From contig JAQBTR010000002.1 of assembly GCA_027624915.1 (NCBI GenBank), positions 30,802-94,801 of the forward strand: 64,000 nucleotides of DNA, given 5' to 3'. Under the pieces are notes generated by a model. That model saw only the letters and a program-made list of their open reading frames with translations, ran no database searches and had not been told where the DNA came from. Shown in pieces: positions 1-9,667 of the stretch. Position 1 is the first letter of the stretch, and the number at the start of each line of letters is the position of its first letter. Source of the DNA: a bacterium. Lineage in GTDB: Bacteria; Patescibacteriota; Minisyncoccia; Ryanbacterales; GWA2-47-10b. The position numbers and the translations under genes are program-made.

Positions 1-28
1 GTTTTCAACCAAAAATTCGAAACTAATC

Positions 29-922
29 ATGGGACACCTTTCAGACAAAGAAGTTAAAACTCTAGAGGAAAAAGCGAATGATATTCGTATTTCACTTATA
101 GAGTCACTTATCGAGGCAAAATCAGGACATTCTGCAGGACCCTTGGGGATGGCAGATATTTTTACAGCTTTTTATTTTCATATTTTAAAACACGATCCCA
201 AAAAACCAGACTGGCCAGAACGAGATAGATTAATTTTATCTAACGGTCATATTTGTCCAGTGTTGTATGCAACAATGGCCCATTCCGGTTACTTCCCGGT
301 TGAGGAACTAAAGACCCTTCGTAAGTTTGGGTCGCGATTACAAGGACATCCACATAGAGAAAAGCTTCCAGGTCTTGAGACTTCATCTGGCCCACTAGGT
401 TCTGGGTTGTCACAGGCTGTTGGTATGGCACTTGCTGACCGCATGGATAAGAAAGAAAAGAGCAACTTCTTCTATTGTTTTATGGGTGATGGCGAACTAA
501 ATGCTGGACAGGTTTGGGAAGCTATGATGCTTGCTGGAAAAGAACGCCTTTGGAATCTTATCTCAGTAATAGATCGTAACAATATTCAAATCGATGGATT
601 TACAGAGGATATTATGCCGCTTGAGCCTCTTCGCGAAAAATTTGAATCATTTGGGTGGCACGTACTCGATATTGATGGACATAATTTTGAGGCCATTGTT
701 GATGCCGTAGAGCAAGGAAAGGCCATTTATGAAAAACCAACGATGATTATTGCACACACTATTCCGGGCAAGGGTATCGATTTTATGGAGCGACGTTTTG
801 AGTGGCATGGTAATCCACCAGGAAAGGGTATAGATGATAGAGTTTCAAAAGATAAACAGGGGGAAGTCGCCCTAAAAGAATTGCGTACACTAGGAGGTAA
901 AATTAGAAGCGAGCATGAATGA
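29..922 (+). CDS. transketolase, N-terminal (TPP-binding) subunit of a split transketolase
   Basis: N-terminal transketolase motifs (GHSAGPLGMADIF, TPP-binding region); the C-terminal subunit gene follows. Confidence 0.85.
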   Translation: MGHLSDKEVKTLEEKANDIRISLIESLIEAKSGHSAGPLGMADIFTAFYFHILKHDPKKPDWPERDRLILSNGHICPVLYATMAHSGYFPVEELKTLRKFGSRLQGHPHREKLPGLETSSGPLGSGLSQAVGMALADRMDKKEKSNFFYCFMGDGELNAGQVWEAMMLAGKERLWNLISVIDRNNIQIDGFTEDIMPLEPLREKFESFGWHVLDIDGHNFEAIVDAVEQGKAIYEKPTMIIAHTIPGKGIDFMERRFEWHGNPPGKGIDDRVSKDKQGEVALKELRTLGGKIRSEHE

Positions 923-1133
923 TCCATTTATTACAATAAATCCAAATACAAATAAGCGAGAGTTTACACTTGTAGCATTGGGTGCTGTCATACTTGTTAT
1001 TACAGGTATTATTGTTTGGCAGTGGATTGTAACTATAAATGAGATTGAGGCAATTACCGAGGGTGAGCTTAATCGCTACAGCAATTTTTTACCGCAACAG
1101 GGATTAGATGATATCAAAGATTTAGAATTATGA
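915..1133 (+). CDS. small hypothetical membrane protein between the transketolase subunit genes
   Basis: 72-aa ORF with one hydrophobic helix; overlaps both neighbours (ATGAATGA / ATGA), suggesting translational coupling. Confidence 0.35.
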   Translation: MNDPFITINPNTNKREFTLVALGAVILVITGIIVWQWIVTINEIEAITEGELNRYSNFLPQQGLDDIKDLEL

Positions 1134-2122
1134 TACCAAAAGACGCAAAACTTGTAGAACATCTTTTTGACCTAGAAAAGATTGAACAGGCCCCAACTCG
1201 TAATGGATATGGAGACGGTCTTGTTGCGGCCGCAGACGAAAACGACCAAGTGGTTGCGCTCTGTGCAGACCTTACCGAATCTACAAAGACAAATTTGTTT
1301 CGAGATAAATATCCAAACAGATTCGTAGAGGTTGGTATTGGTGAACAAAACATGGCATCAGTTGCGTCAGGTATGGCGGCAATGGGTAAGATTCCATATA
1401 TAGCCTCATATGCCATGTTTAGTCCGGGTCGTTCTTGGGAGCAGGTACGAACCACAATTTGTTATAACAATCAAAATGTAAAAATAGTTGGTGCACACTC
1501 TGGTATTTCTGTAGGGCCTGATGGCGCCACACATCAAGCTATAGAAGACATAGCTATTATGCGCGTTTTGCCAAACATGACTGTTATATCACCCTGTGAT
1601 TCCGTTGAGGCTCAAAAAGCCACTGTGGCTGCCGCAAAACATAAAGGGCCAGTATATATTCGTTTTCATAGAGAGAAGACACCAATATTTACTAGTGAAG
1701 ACACCCCATTTGAAATAGGAAAGGCTGTTATATTTTATGACCCCAAGGAAGTTACTGTTGCGGTAATCGCAACGGGTCCAATTGGCCACAATGCTTTGTT
1801 GGCGGCAAAAAATCTTGAGGAGAAAGGCATTGGAGTACGCGTAATAAATTGTCCTACGATAAAGCCGCTCGATGAAAAAATAATATTGAAGGCTGCAAAA
1901 GATGCTGGGGCAGTTGTTGTTGTTGAAGAACATCAAGCACATGGCGGGCTCGGTTCAGCTGTCGCTGAGTTATTAGCTGAAAATTATCCTGTTCCTATGG
2001 AATTTGTTGGAGTAAAAGATCGTTTTGGTGAATCAGGTCAGCTTGATGAATTATTTGAGGCATTTGGGCTTACAGTTTCAGATATAGAGAAAGCCATTAC
2101 TAGTGTCATAGATCGCAAATAG
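1130..2122 (+). CDS. transketolase, C-terminal (pyrimidine-binding) subunit
   Basis: pyrimidine-binding and C-terminal transketolase domain similarity (EVGIGEQNMASVASGMA...). Confidence 0.85.
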   Translation: MIPKDAKLVEHLFDLEKIEQAPTRNGYGDGLVAAADENDQVVALCADLTESTKTNLFRDKYPNRFVEVGIGEQNMASVASGMAAMGKIPYIASYAMFSPGRSWEQVRTTICYNNQNVKIVGAHSGISVGPDGATHQAIEDIAIMRVLPNMTVISPCDSVEAQKATVAAAKHKGPVYIRFHREKTPIFTSEDTPFEIGKAVIFYDPKEVTVAVIATGPIGHNALLAAKNLEEKGIGVRVINCPTIKPLDEKIILKAAKDAGAVVVVEEHQAHGGLGSAVAELLAENYPVPMEFVGVKDRFGESGQLDELFEAFGLTVSDIEKAITSVIDRK

Positions 2123-2173
2123 TCTCCACAAGGTCTCGTCGCTCGATATTAGTCAATATGTACGTATACAATC

Positions 2174-2479
2174 ATGAATAATCTACTCATCGCTAGCATA
2201 ATTGATTTCTTGGGATTTATTATCTCGCTTTTTGCTATTTATATTGTTGCTGATAGTTCATCTCTGCTAGTCCCACCTATACGTAGAGGAGTTCTCAATT
2301 TTATTTGGGGGCTTGGTTTTATGGGCGTGGCATTTTTTTGGAGAGTAATAAGGTTCTTTTTGCCAGCATACTATTCATTTGTAGGAGATAGCTTTATTTT
2401 GTCGTTGAGCGTACTTTTGTTGCTCGTTGCCGCTTGGGATCTATTTAGAATTAAGAAAATAAATGATCATGCAGTTTGA
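2174..2479 (+). CDS. hypothetical small membrane protein
   Basis: ORF with 2-3 predicted TM helices; no recognisable family. Confidence 0.35.
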   Translation: MNNLLIASIIDFLGFIISLFAIYIVADSSSLLVPPIRRGVLNFIWGLGFMGVAFFWRVIRFFLPAYYSFVGDSFILSLSVLLLLVAAWDLFRIKKINDHAV

Positions 2480-3464
2480 TTTTGTAGGAATTGGGGATGT
2501 TGTGACAGACGCTTTTATCAAATTGGCCGATGACAATGCCGAGGTTATTAAGGGTGTTCACCAAAAGATATGTTTGAACCATCCTGATAAGATTCCTTTT
2601 GAAAGGGCTGTTGTGGTCAAGGGTGTCGGGAATGCGGCTAATGCGTGCGTGTCTGCTTCTCGTCTTGGTTTGGCAGCGGCTTTTGTGAGCAATGTTGGCG
2701 AAGACACTTTAGGCCAAGAAATGATTCAACATTTTAAAGATGAGGGTGTTAATGCCGACAATATTATTGTTAATAAAAATAAAACTTCAAACAACCACTA
2801 TGTTCTTTGGTATAAAACAGATCGAACAATTTTAATTCATCATGAAAAGTATGTATATCACTTACCATCTTTTGAAGAACCACCAAAGTGGTTTTACTTT
2901 AGTTCCATTGGTGAAGATGCGGTTGACTTTCATGATGTTGTTTCCGAATATATTGAGCAAAATCCTGAAACAAAGCTTGCGTTTCAGCCCGGTACATTTC
3001 AGATTAGGCTCGGGCCAAAAAAACTTGCTCGCATTTATAAAAATACTGAAGTCTTTTTTTGTAATAGAGAAGAGGCAATGGAAATAACAGGAATTGAAGA
3101 CCGTGAGATTGAGGGGCTTGTGCGTGCAATGCATTCATATGGACCTAGGATGGTGATTTTGACTGATGGTCCGGATGGAGCATACGCATCTGATGGTAAG
3201 CAAATATTCTTTTTGCCTCAATATCCTGATCCAGTCCCACCCCTTGAGAGGACGGGTGCTGGTGATTCGTTTTCCTCTACAGTTATTTCGTCACTAGCAC
3301 TTGGTAATTCACTCAAGACGGCTCTCATGTGGGGTCCTGTGAATTCGATGTCTGTCGTACAACACATTGGTGCGCAAGAAGGATTGTTACGGAGAACAAA
3401 GCTTGAGCAGTATTTGGAGGCCGCACCACCTGATTATAAGTCAACTATATATAAGAAACTCTAA
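2463..3464 (+). CDS. PfkB-family carbohydrate kinase (ribokinase/fructokinase-like)
   Basis: PfkB signature GAGDSF near C-terminus; N-terminal GxG motif. Confidence 0.75.
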   Translation: MIMQFDFVGIGDVVTDAFIKLADDNAEVIKGVHQKICLNHPDKIPFERAVVVKGVGNAANACVSASRLGLAAAFVSNVGEDTLGQEMIQHFKDEGVNADNIIVNKNKTSNNHYVLWYKTDRTILIHHEKYVYHLPSFEEPPKWFYFSSIGEDAVDFHDVVSEYIEQNPETKLAFQPGTFQIRLGPKKLARIYKNTEVFFCNREEAMEITGIEDREIEGLVRAMHSYGPRMVILTDGPDGAYASDGKQIFFLPQYPDPVPPLERTGAGDSFSSTVISSLALGNSLKTALMWGPVNSMSVVQHIGAQEGLLRRTKLEQYLEAAPPDYKSTIYKKL

Positions 3465-4330
3465 TGCTAAGTTTAAAAGAAGTACTAACAAATGCTACTC
3501 GCGAGCGCTGGGCGGTTCCGCATTTTAATTTTGCAAACTCATCAATGCTTGAAGCCCTAGTAGAGGCGGCAGTTGAAGCACGCTCACCACTTCTTGTTGG
3601 AACATCTGAATCAGAAAGAGATTTTATTGGCATTGAACAATGCGTGGCACTCGTAAAGAGTTATAGAGACGAACATGATATGCCAATCTATTTGAATGCA
3701 GATCACACATATTCTGTAGAAAAAGCAAAAGAAGCAATTGATGCAGGCTACGATTCTATCCATATTGATCTATCGAAGGAATCATTTGAAGACAACCTAA
3801 GGGGTACAAAAGAGGTTGTTGAATATGCAAAAAATAAAAACCCTGAGATCTCTGTTGAGGGAGAGATTGGGTATTTGGTAACAGACTCCTCCACTATCTA
3901 CAAAGACGTTATTGATGTTCCTAAGGAGAGTCTTGCAAAGCCCGATGAGGCAAAAAGATTTGTAGATGAGACGGGAGTAAATCGTCTGGCACCAGCAGTG
4001 GGAAGTATCCATGGTATTGCCGCTAACAAGCCACACTTAGATTTTGAGCTTATCTCTACACTACGAGGTTTACTTGGCGATACGGCATTTGTGCTTCATG
4101 GTGGATCTGGCGTAACTCAAGATGAAATGAAGAAAGCGGTACAAAGTGGCATTTCGAACGTTCATATTAGTACAGACCTACGAGTAGCTTTTGTGGATAA
4201 GCTTAGGGAAGAGTTGGAGAAACACAAGGATGAGTACAGGGTGTATAAGCTTTTAAAGCCTGAAATAGAAGAGGTAAAAAAGGTTGCTCTTTACAACATA
4301 GAACTTTTTGGTAGTAGGAATAAACTCTAA
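3464..4330 (+). CDS. fba: class II fructose-bisphosphate aldolase
   Basis: class II FBA motifs (VPHFNF, NADH..., HGGSG). Confidence 0.85.
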   Translation: MLSLKEVLTNATRERWAVPHFNFANSSMLEALVEAAVEARSPLLVGTSESERDFIGIEQCVALVKSYRDEHDMPIYLNADHTYSVEKAKEAIDAGYDSIHIDLSKESFEDNLRGTKEVVEYAKNKNPEISVEGEIGYLVTDSSTIYKDVIDVPKESLAKPDEAKRFVDETGVNRLAPAVGSIHGIAANKPHLDFELISTLRGLLGDTAFVLHGGSGVTQDEMKKAVQSGISNVHISTDLRVAFVDKLREELEKHKDEYRVYKLLKPEIEEVKKVALYNIELFGSRNKL

Positions 4331-4435
4331 ATTACGAAACTCACTTCTACTACGACATTGCTGTCCTGCGAACGACAGTGAGCAGTTGACAGCAAGAAGT
4401 GCTCTTGTGGTGCGAACCCGTTTCGTAATTTAGAG
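4325..4435. promoter_or_regulatory. highly structured intergenic element: 16-bp perfect inverted repeat enclosing nested and mutually exclusive hairpins
   Basis: ctctaaattacgaaac (4325-4340) pairs with gtttcgtaatttagag (4420-4435); inner pairs cacttct/agaagtg and tgctgtc/gacagca; gacag occurs twice, giving alternative pairings. Confidence 0.4.
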
Positions 4436-4459
4436 TAAAAAAGTGTAATATAAAAACAT

Positions 4460-5443
4460 ATGGTTACTAAAATATTTGTTACGCGCAAGATTCCAGACGC
4501 AGGGATAGAAATGCTTAAGGCTCCAGGCTATGAGGTGAAGGTAAGCGATAAGGATGGTGTTTTGACGAAGGATGAATTAATCGCCGAGTTAAAAACAGGA
4601 GAGTATAATGCTGTCCTATGTCTTTTGACTGACAAAATTGATACAGAAGTCTTGGATGCAGCTGGTCCTAAATGTAAGATTTTTGCTAATTATGCAGTTG
4701 GGTATGATAACATTGATGTCGAGGAGGCTCGCAAGCGAGATATTTTTGTATCAAACACACCAGGCGTACTAACTGAAACCGTTGCTGAATATACAATCTC
4801 ACTTATGTTGTCACTTGTGAGACGCATCCCAGAGGCTGATAAATTTGTTCGCGCTGGCGAATATCATGGTTGGGCGCCAATGCTTTTAATGGGGTCTGGA
4901 CTGGCTGGCAAAACATTGGGTGTTGTAGGGTTGGGGCGTATTGGTGCTCGAGTAGCACATCATGCTGTCCGAGGGTTTGATATGAAGGTTATTTACTATG
5001 ATGTAAATAGAAATGCTGATTTTGAAAAAGAATACAATGCAGGATATCGTGCTGATGTAGATCACGTTCTTACAGATGCTGATTTTGTCAGTATTCATGT
5101 GCCACTACTTGATTCCACAAAGCACCTTATTAATGATGCTAGACTTCAGCTTATGAAGAATTCTGCCTATCTGATAAATACATCGCGTGGTCCAGTAGTC
5201 GAGGAGGCGGCACTTGGTCGCGCATTAAAAGCTGGAACGATAAGGGGTGCTGCGATTGATGTATTTGAGTTTGAGCCAAAAATTGACTCCTTACTAACCG
5301 AGTTAGATAACATTGTTTTGACACCGCACATAGCATCTGCCACAGAGGAAACACGTGGCAAGATGTCAGAGCTCGCAGCGCAGAACATATTGGAGGCTTT
5401 GAGTGGGAATATCCCTCCAAACGTCATCCAAGCTCAGGGCTAG
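4460..5443 (+). CDS. D-isomer-specific 2-hydroxyacid dehydrogenase (glyoxylate/hydroxypyruvate reductase-like)
   Basis: NAD-binding GLGRIGARVA motif; overall D-2-hydroxyacid dehydrogenase family similarity. Confidence 0.8.
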   Translation: MVTKIFVTRKIPDAGIEMLKAPGYEVKVSDKDGVLTKDELIAELKTGEYNAVLCLLTDKIDTEVLDAAGPKCKIFANYAVGYDNIDVEEARKRDIFVSNTPGVLTETVAEYTISLMLSLVRRIPEADKFVRAGEYHGWAPMLLMGSGLAGKTLGVVGLGRIGARVAHHAVRGFDMKVIYYDVNRNADFEKEYNAGYRADVDHVLTDADFVSIHVPLLDSTKHLINDARLQLMKNSAYLINTSRGPVVEEAALGRALKAGTIRGAAIDVFEFEPKIDSLLTELDNIVLTPHIASATEETRGKMSELAAQNILEALSGNIPPNVIQAQG

Positions 5444-5467
5444 ATTTTTTGGCCAGTTCTGGTATAC

Positions 5468-6175
5468 TTGGTCATTATGGAACAACTTTTGGCAGAAAAA
5501 AGAGAAGTATTCGGAAAGCAACTTTCGGGGCTCCGCGCCTCTGGGCGTGTTCCTGCTATCGTATATGGAGCAGGCTCTAAAGAGTCACTATCTCTATCAG
5601 TAGTATCAGGAGATTTTGTTCGCCTTTGGAAAAAGGCTGGCGAGTCTACAATCCTTTCTCTATCCATTGATGGCGATGGAAAAAAGAACGTTTTGATTCA
5701 CGATGTGGCAATGGATCCAGTTACTCAAAAGCCACTTCATGTAGATTTCTACGAGGTGTCTAAAGACCACAAGCTTAAGGTTAATGTGCCATTTGTATTT
5801 GATGGTGAGTCGCGTGCGGTAAAAGAGCTTGGAGGTATGCTTGAGAAGGTACTTCACGATGCAGAGGTTGAAGCATTCCCTGACAAGTTACCACATGAAC
5901 TTATTATAGATATTTCTAAAATTGCAACGTTTGATGACCACATTACACTTGGCGATATCAAAATGCCTGAGGGCGCTACTCTTACGGGTGAGCCCGAAAG
6001 TTTGGTTGCAAAAGTTAACCCTCCTCGAACACAAGAAGAGCTTGATGCTGAACTCGCAGAAACTACTGATGCAAGTCTTGATGATATTGAAGTTGAAGAG
6101 AAGGGCAAGCAAGATGATGATGAGTCTGAAGGATCTGATGAGTCCTCTGAGGGTTCAAAAGAAAAGAGTGAATAA
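5468..6175 (+). CDS. rplY: ribosomal protein bL25 (general stress protein Ctc form) with acidic C-terminal tail
   Basis: L25/Ctc N-terminal and beta-barrel region similarity; Asp/Glu-rich tail. Confidence 0.8.
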   Translation: MVIMEQLLAEKREVFGKQLSGLRASGRVPAIVYGAGSKESLSLSVVSGDFVRLWKKAGESTILSLSIDGDGKKNVLIHDVAMDPVTQKPLHVDFYEVSKDHKLKVNVPFVFDGESRAVKELGGMLEKVLHDAEVEAFPDKLPHELIIDISKIATFDDHITLGDIKMPEGATLTGEPESLVAKVNPPRTQEELDAELAETTDASLDDIEVEEKGKQDDDESEGSDESSEGSKEKSE

Positions 6176-7490
6176 AATCCTAGCAGGTGTATTAACCTTG
6201 TTAGGCCCGGTGCTGTTGTTTTCAGCGTTGGTGTTTTTTGCTCACGCACAGTCTCTTTCACAGCAGGTAATTGACCATAGAGCCGAACTTAAGCGACGTC
6301 TTGATGGTATAGAGACGGAGATTGGTGGGTGGCAAAAACTTATTACAGAGAAACAAAACGAAGCTGAAAGTTTTGAACGAGATATAGCAATTTTGGATGC
6401 AAAAATCAGTAAGGCAAAATTACAGATTCGAGCTTTTGATATTGAAGTGGAGCGTCTTCAGGGGAGAATAAACGATAAGGAAGGCACCATTGATGAAATT
6501 TTAGCAAAAGTAGAGAGGGAGAAACTTTCGCTTGCAGAGGCATTGCGTAAGATGTGGGAGTATGACGATACGTCAGTAATTGAAGCGATGTTTGCGCATG
6601 ACTCTATTTCAGATTATTTTGGGGATATTGATACTATCGATGTAGTTCAGCGAAGTCTACAGCAATCATTTGAAGAATTATATTCAACAAAAACCCAGGA
6701 GGAGGTTGCGCGTGACCAATATGTTGGGCAACGTACAGAGGCACAAGAATTAAGGTATGTCCAGGAACTTGAACGTCAAGATTTACAAAAAAATGAAAAC
6801 GAACGACAATCTTTATTGGATGCGACACGAGGCAAAGAGTCAGAATATACAAAGATTAAAAATCGTAGGCAACAAGATGCCGCCGCCATTAGGAGTCAAC
6901 TTTTCTTGTTGCAAGGTTCTCCTGCGATTCCTTTTGAGAGAGCAGTAGCATTGGCTGAAAGAGCATCTCAAAAGACTGGAGTTCGTGTGGCATTTGCCCT
7001 TGGTATAATTGCACAAGAATCAGAACTTGGTAAAAATATAGGACAGTGTAACTTGCCTGAGGACCCACCAAAATATAAGTGGTATAATATCATGAAGCCA
7101 ACCCGGGATAAGGAGCCATATCTAGCTATTACAAGTAGTCTCGGTCTCGATCCAGATCTAATGCCGCTTTCGTGTCCACTGTCTGTTGGTTGGGGAGGTG
7201 CGATGGGTCCTGCGCAATTTATCCCCTCTACTTGGATTTTATATGTCGACCGTATTGGTAGAGCAACAGGTCATGTTCCTCCCAACCCGTGGGAGCCAGA
7301 GGACGCATTTATGGCCTCTTCTCTATTTTTGTCTGACTTGGGCGCTGACAAGCGTGACGGTGAGTTTGAGGCGGCAGCTCGCTACTTTGCCGGAGGAAAC
7401 TGGAATGGGTCTCTTGGAAGGACTTATGCAAATCAAGTACTTTCTAAAGTAGAGACGTATCAGCGTCAAATTGATATAATTTCAAGGTGA
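6168..7490 (+). CDS. membrane-anchored coiled-coil protein with C-terminal MltB-like lytic transglycosylase domain
   Basis: N-terminal TM helix, long coiled-coil region, C-terminal GWGGAMGPAQFIPSTW motif typical of MltB-family lytic transglycosylases; start trimmed to in-frame GTG at 6168 (the track ORF from 5922 overlaps rplY). Confidence 0.6.
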   Translation: MNKILAGVLTLLGPVLLFSALVFFAHAQSLSQQVIDHRAELKRRLDGIETEIGGWQKLITEKQNEAESFERDIAILDAKISKAKLQIRAFDIEVERLQGRINDKEGTIDEILAKVEREKLSLAEALRKMWEYDDTSVIEAMFAHDSISDYFGDIDTIDVVQRSLQQSFEELYSTKTQEEVARDQYVGQRTEAQELRYVQELERQDLQKNENERQSLLDATRGKESEYTKIKNRRQQDAAAIRSQLFLLQGSPAIPFERAVALAERASQKTGVRVAFALGIIAQESELGKNIGQCNLPEDPPKYKWYNIMKPTRDKEPYLAITSSLGLDPDLMPLSCPLSVGWGGAMGPAQFIPSTWILYVDRIGRATGHVPPNPWEPEDAFMASSLFLSDLGADKRDGEFEAAARYFAGGNWNGSLGRTYANQVLSKVETYQRQIDIISR

Positions 7491-7569
7491 AGAGGGTACC
7501 CTGGGGTACAAGGTGAAGAGGGTACCCTGGGGTACAAGGTGAAGAGGGTACCCTGGGGTACAAGGTGAA
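7484..7569. repeat. tandem direct repeat, 26-bp unit x3.3 (aaggtgaagagggtaccctggggtac), each unit with the palindrome GGGTACCC
   Basis: three perfect contiguous copies plus a partial one read directly from the sequence; overlaps the stop codon of the upstream gene. Confidence 0.85.
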
Positions 7570-7603
7570 TTCTGTGAATCAGAATGGGGTATAAGGTAAC
7601 ATT

Positions 7604-7888
7604 ATGACGAAGCATATACATTGGGGAATAGTTCTTGTTTTTATATACTTACTAGCTATAGTTGGTTTGTTTATTTACGCGCTTAGTTGTGATGGATTTT
7701 TGTGTGGTCTGCTTGTTGTGTGGGCGGCGGCTCCATGGTCAATACTAGCTGCCTACACAGAGATAGAAGGGAACGCCCTATCAGGCGCTCTACTCTTTTT
7801 TGGTGGAATTGTTATAAATATTTTTATTCTCTACTTTACAGGTAAGCTGCTTTCTAAAAAAAAAGTTGCTTCCCCTCAAGATGAGTGA
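7604..7888 (+). CDS. hypothetical small membrane protein
   Basis: 94-aa ORF with 3 predicted TM helices. Confidence 0.4.
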   Translation: MTKHIHWGIVLVFIYLLAIVGLFIYALSCDGFLCGLLVVWAAAPWSILAAYTEIEGNALSGALLFFGGIVINIFILYFTGKLLSKKKVASPQDE

Positions 7889-7916
7889 TAGTTTGCATAT
7901 AGAATAAGGGGTAAGC

Positions 7917-8360
7917 ATGGACTGGCCGACGTATGATGACCGGCCCATAGCCGGCTCTCTTTTGCACAGTATTCATCTGCATCTAGCAGAGCTAGAAACA
8001 CTTCTACGCCAAGTAACATTTAATTATGATGATGGTGTCTACCGTTTCTATCATGGTAGTGCCAAGGTGTTTTTTCTACAGTTTGATACAGAAAAAATGA
8101 TTGAGAGATTTTGTACTCTTTTTATTGTTCCACTCAATAAAGATTTACTAACCATTGTTGAAGATGGAACTGGATTTAAGTGGCGTCTCGGTGTCCAATT
8201 TACTCTCGATGATACACGTCGAGTGGTTGAGGCATTTTTGCATGCCAAATATTTTCTTGAGATGTTGGTGATGTCAGGCAAAGGCATTATTGGGCCACTT
8301 CCTCCGGCAACCATGCCAGCTCACTGGGCATCTGTTCTTTATCTCTATAATTTGCGTTAA
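7917..8360 (+). CDS. hypothetical protein
   Basis: 147-aa ORF with coding-like composition; no family recognised. Confidence 0.4.
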   Translation: MDWPTYDDRPIAGSLLHSIHLHLAELETLLRQVTFNYDDGVYRFYHGSAKVFFLQFDTEKMIERFCTLFIVPLNKDLLTIVEDGTGFKWRLGVQFTLDDTRRVVEAFLHAKYFLEMLVMSGKGIIGPLPPATMPAHWASVLYLYNLR

Positions 8361-8388
8361 AAAAACCACCCCAACGGGGTGTTTTTTA
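8360..8388. terminator. bidirectional rho-independent terminator
   Basis: aaaaaaCCACCCCaacGGGGTGtttttt hairpin with A-run and T-run between convergent genes. Confidence 0.6.
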
Positions 8389-9123
8389 TTTCTTCTTTTT
8401 TTCGTCCGCCACCTTCCGAAAGGCTTTTATGATGGGGGAGAGGTCTCCTTCAAGAATTTTATCTATATTATGAAACTTTTTTCCAATACGATGATCTGTG
8501 ATTCTATCTTGCATAAAATTATAGGTTCGGATTTTTTCTGAGCGGTCTTGAGTTCCAATTTGCATACGGCGGTCATCTTGTACAGAACCCGCAGCCCCTT
8601 CCTGATTAAGTTCGTGTAGTTTAGAACGTAGGATTTCCATAGCCTTTTCTCGGTTGGCAAGCTGTGTCCGTTCTGAACGAGAGTTGATCACAATACCAGT
8701 TGGCTTATGGGTAAGACGAACAGCAGATTCTACTTTGTTTACGTTTTGGCCTCCAGGGCCTCCAGCTCGAGAGAAGGACACCTCGATTTCGTCTGGGCGA
8801 ATTTCTACTTCTTTTGCCTCTACAATTTTAAGAATAGCAACAGATGCGGTTGAAGTATGAACGCGTCCTGATTTTTCAGTTTTTGGTACGCGTTGGATAC
8901 GATGTACGCCACTTTCTTGTTTGAGAGATTCATATACATCCTCACCCTTAAATTCAACAACAGCTTCTTTTATTCCACCGACTTCACTTTCTGATTCATC
9001 CACAACTCGATAGCCCCAGTTTTTTTTGCCAGCAAATTTTATGTACATGTTCTCAAGCTCTTGTGCAAAGAGAGCGGCCTCATTGCCGCCAGCACCAGCG
9101 CGAATTTCTACAACTACTTTCAT
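8386..9123 (-). CDS. prfA: class I peptide chain release factor (RF1-like PKT motif, GGQ) lacking the N-terminal domain 1
   Basis: GGQ motif, RVPKTE (PxT-type) codon-recognition motif and the conserved EIRAGAGG start of domain 2; only 245 aa, with an in-frame stop 6 codons upstream of the ATG. Confidence 0.75.
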   Translation of the reverse strand: MKVVVEIRAGAGGNEAALFAQELENMYIKFAGKKNWGYRVVDESESEVGGIKEAVVEFKGEDVYESLKQESGVHRIQRVPKTEKSGRVHTSTASVAILKIVEAKEVEIRPDEIEVSFSRAGGPGGQNVNKVESAVRLTHKPTGIVINSRSERTQLANREKAMEILRSKLHELNQEGAAGSVQDDRRMQIGTQDRSEKIRTYNFMQDRITDHRIGKKFHNIDKILEGDLSPIIKAFRKVADEKKKK

Positions 9124-9138
9124 ATGAGGCGCGCGAAG

Positions 9139-9381
9139 TTATTTACGAGCTCGTTTGTTTCGTTTTTGGGATACAGGCGCAGCCTTAGATGCGCGCTTCT
9201 TAAACTTATCAACGCGTCCTGCAGCATCTATAAGCTTTTCTTTTCCTGTATAGAATGGGTGACAGTTGCCACAGATTTCCACCTCAATGTCTTTTTTTGT
9301 ACTACCAATATGCATGACGTTGCCGCATGCACATTGAATTTTCGCATCTGCGAAATATTGTGGGTGAATCTCTTTTTTCAT
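9139..9381 (-). CDS. rpmE: ribosomal protein bL31
   Basis: L31 family similarity with CxxC...C zinc-binding residues. Confidence 0.85.
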   Translation of the reverse strand: MKKEIHPQYFADAKIQCACGNVMHIGSTKKDIEVEICGNCHPFYTGKEKLIDAAGRVDKFKKRASKAAPVSQKRNKRARK

Positions 9382-9667
9382 AGGATTAAGGAATTGTTCC
9401 CAAGCTCGCTTTTGTAAGTAAAATATTCAGAGTTTGAGCGAGACGAAGAGAAAATTTTGAAGTTAATACTGGAAGTATTGCTGATACATTTTCTCAAGGT
9501 CGTAGCTAAAGCCTGGAGGTTTTGGTAGAAATGGAGTTTGTGAACAGTTCCATTAAAGGTCATAATACCACCAAATATCATCATATGCAACACCTTAGAA
9601 GTATTATGACTTGTAAACCCATATTCTTGCCAATTTGGGCTCGATTCGGTATACTAGCCCAATTGTT

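Noticed and set aside
920-922. Possibility that TGA is recoded (as in some CPR lineages)
   Set aside because: TGA terminates several well-conserved genes at the expected positions (transketolase N-subunit, arsR, nifU-like, rpmG), so the standard code applies.
5922-6167. N-terminal 82-codon extension of the ORF-track gene 5922..7490
   Set aside because: It overlaps rplY in another frame and has no homology signal. An in-frame GTG at 6168 gives a start right after the rplY stop and begins with the TM helix.
7484-7569. Possible CRISPR array
   Set aside because: The repeats are directly contiguous with no intervening spacers, and no cas genes are nearby. Classified as a tandem repeat.
9124-9138. 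Programmed frameshift or upstream exon supplying RF domain 1
   Set aside because: Only 15 nt separate the RF start from the rpmE stop, and the same frame contains that stop, so there is no room.
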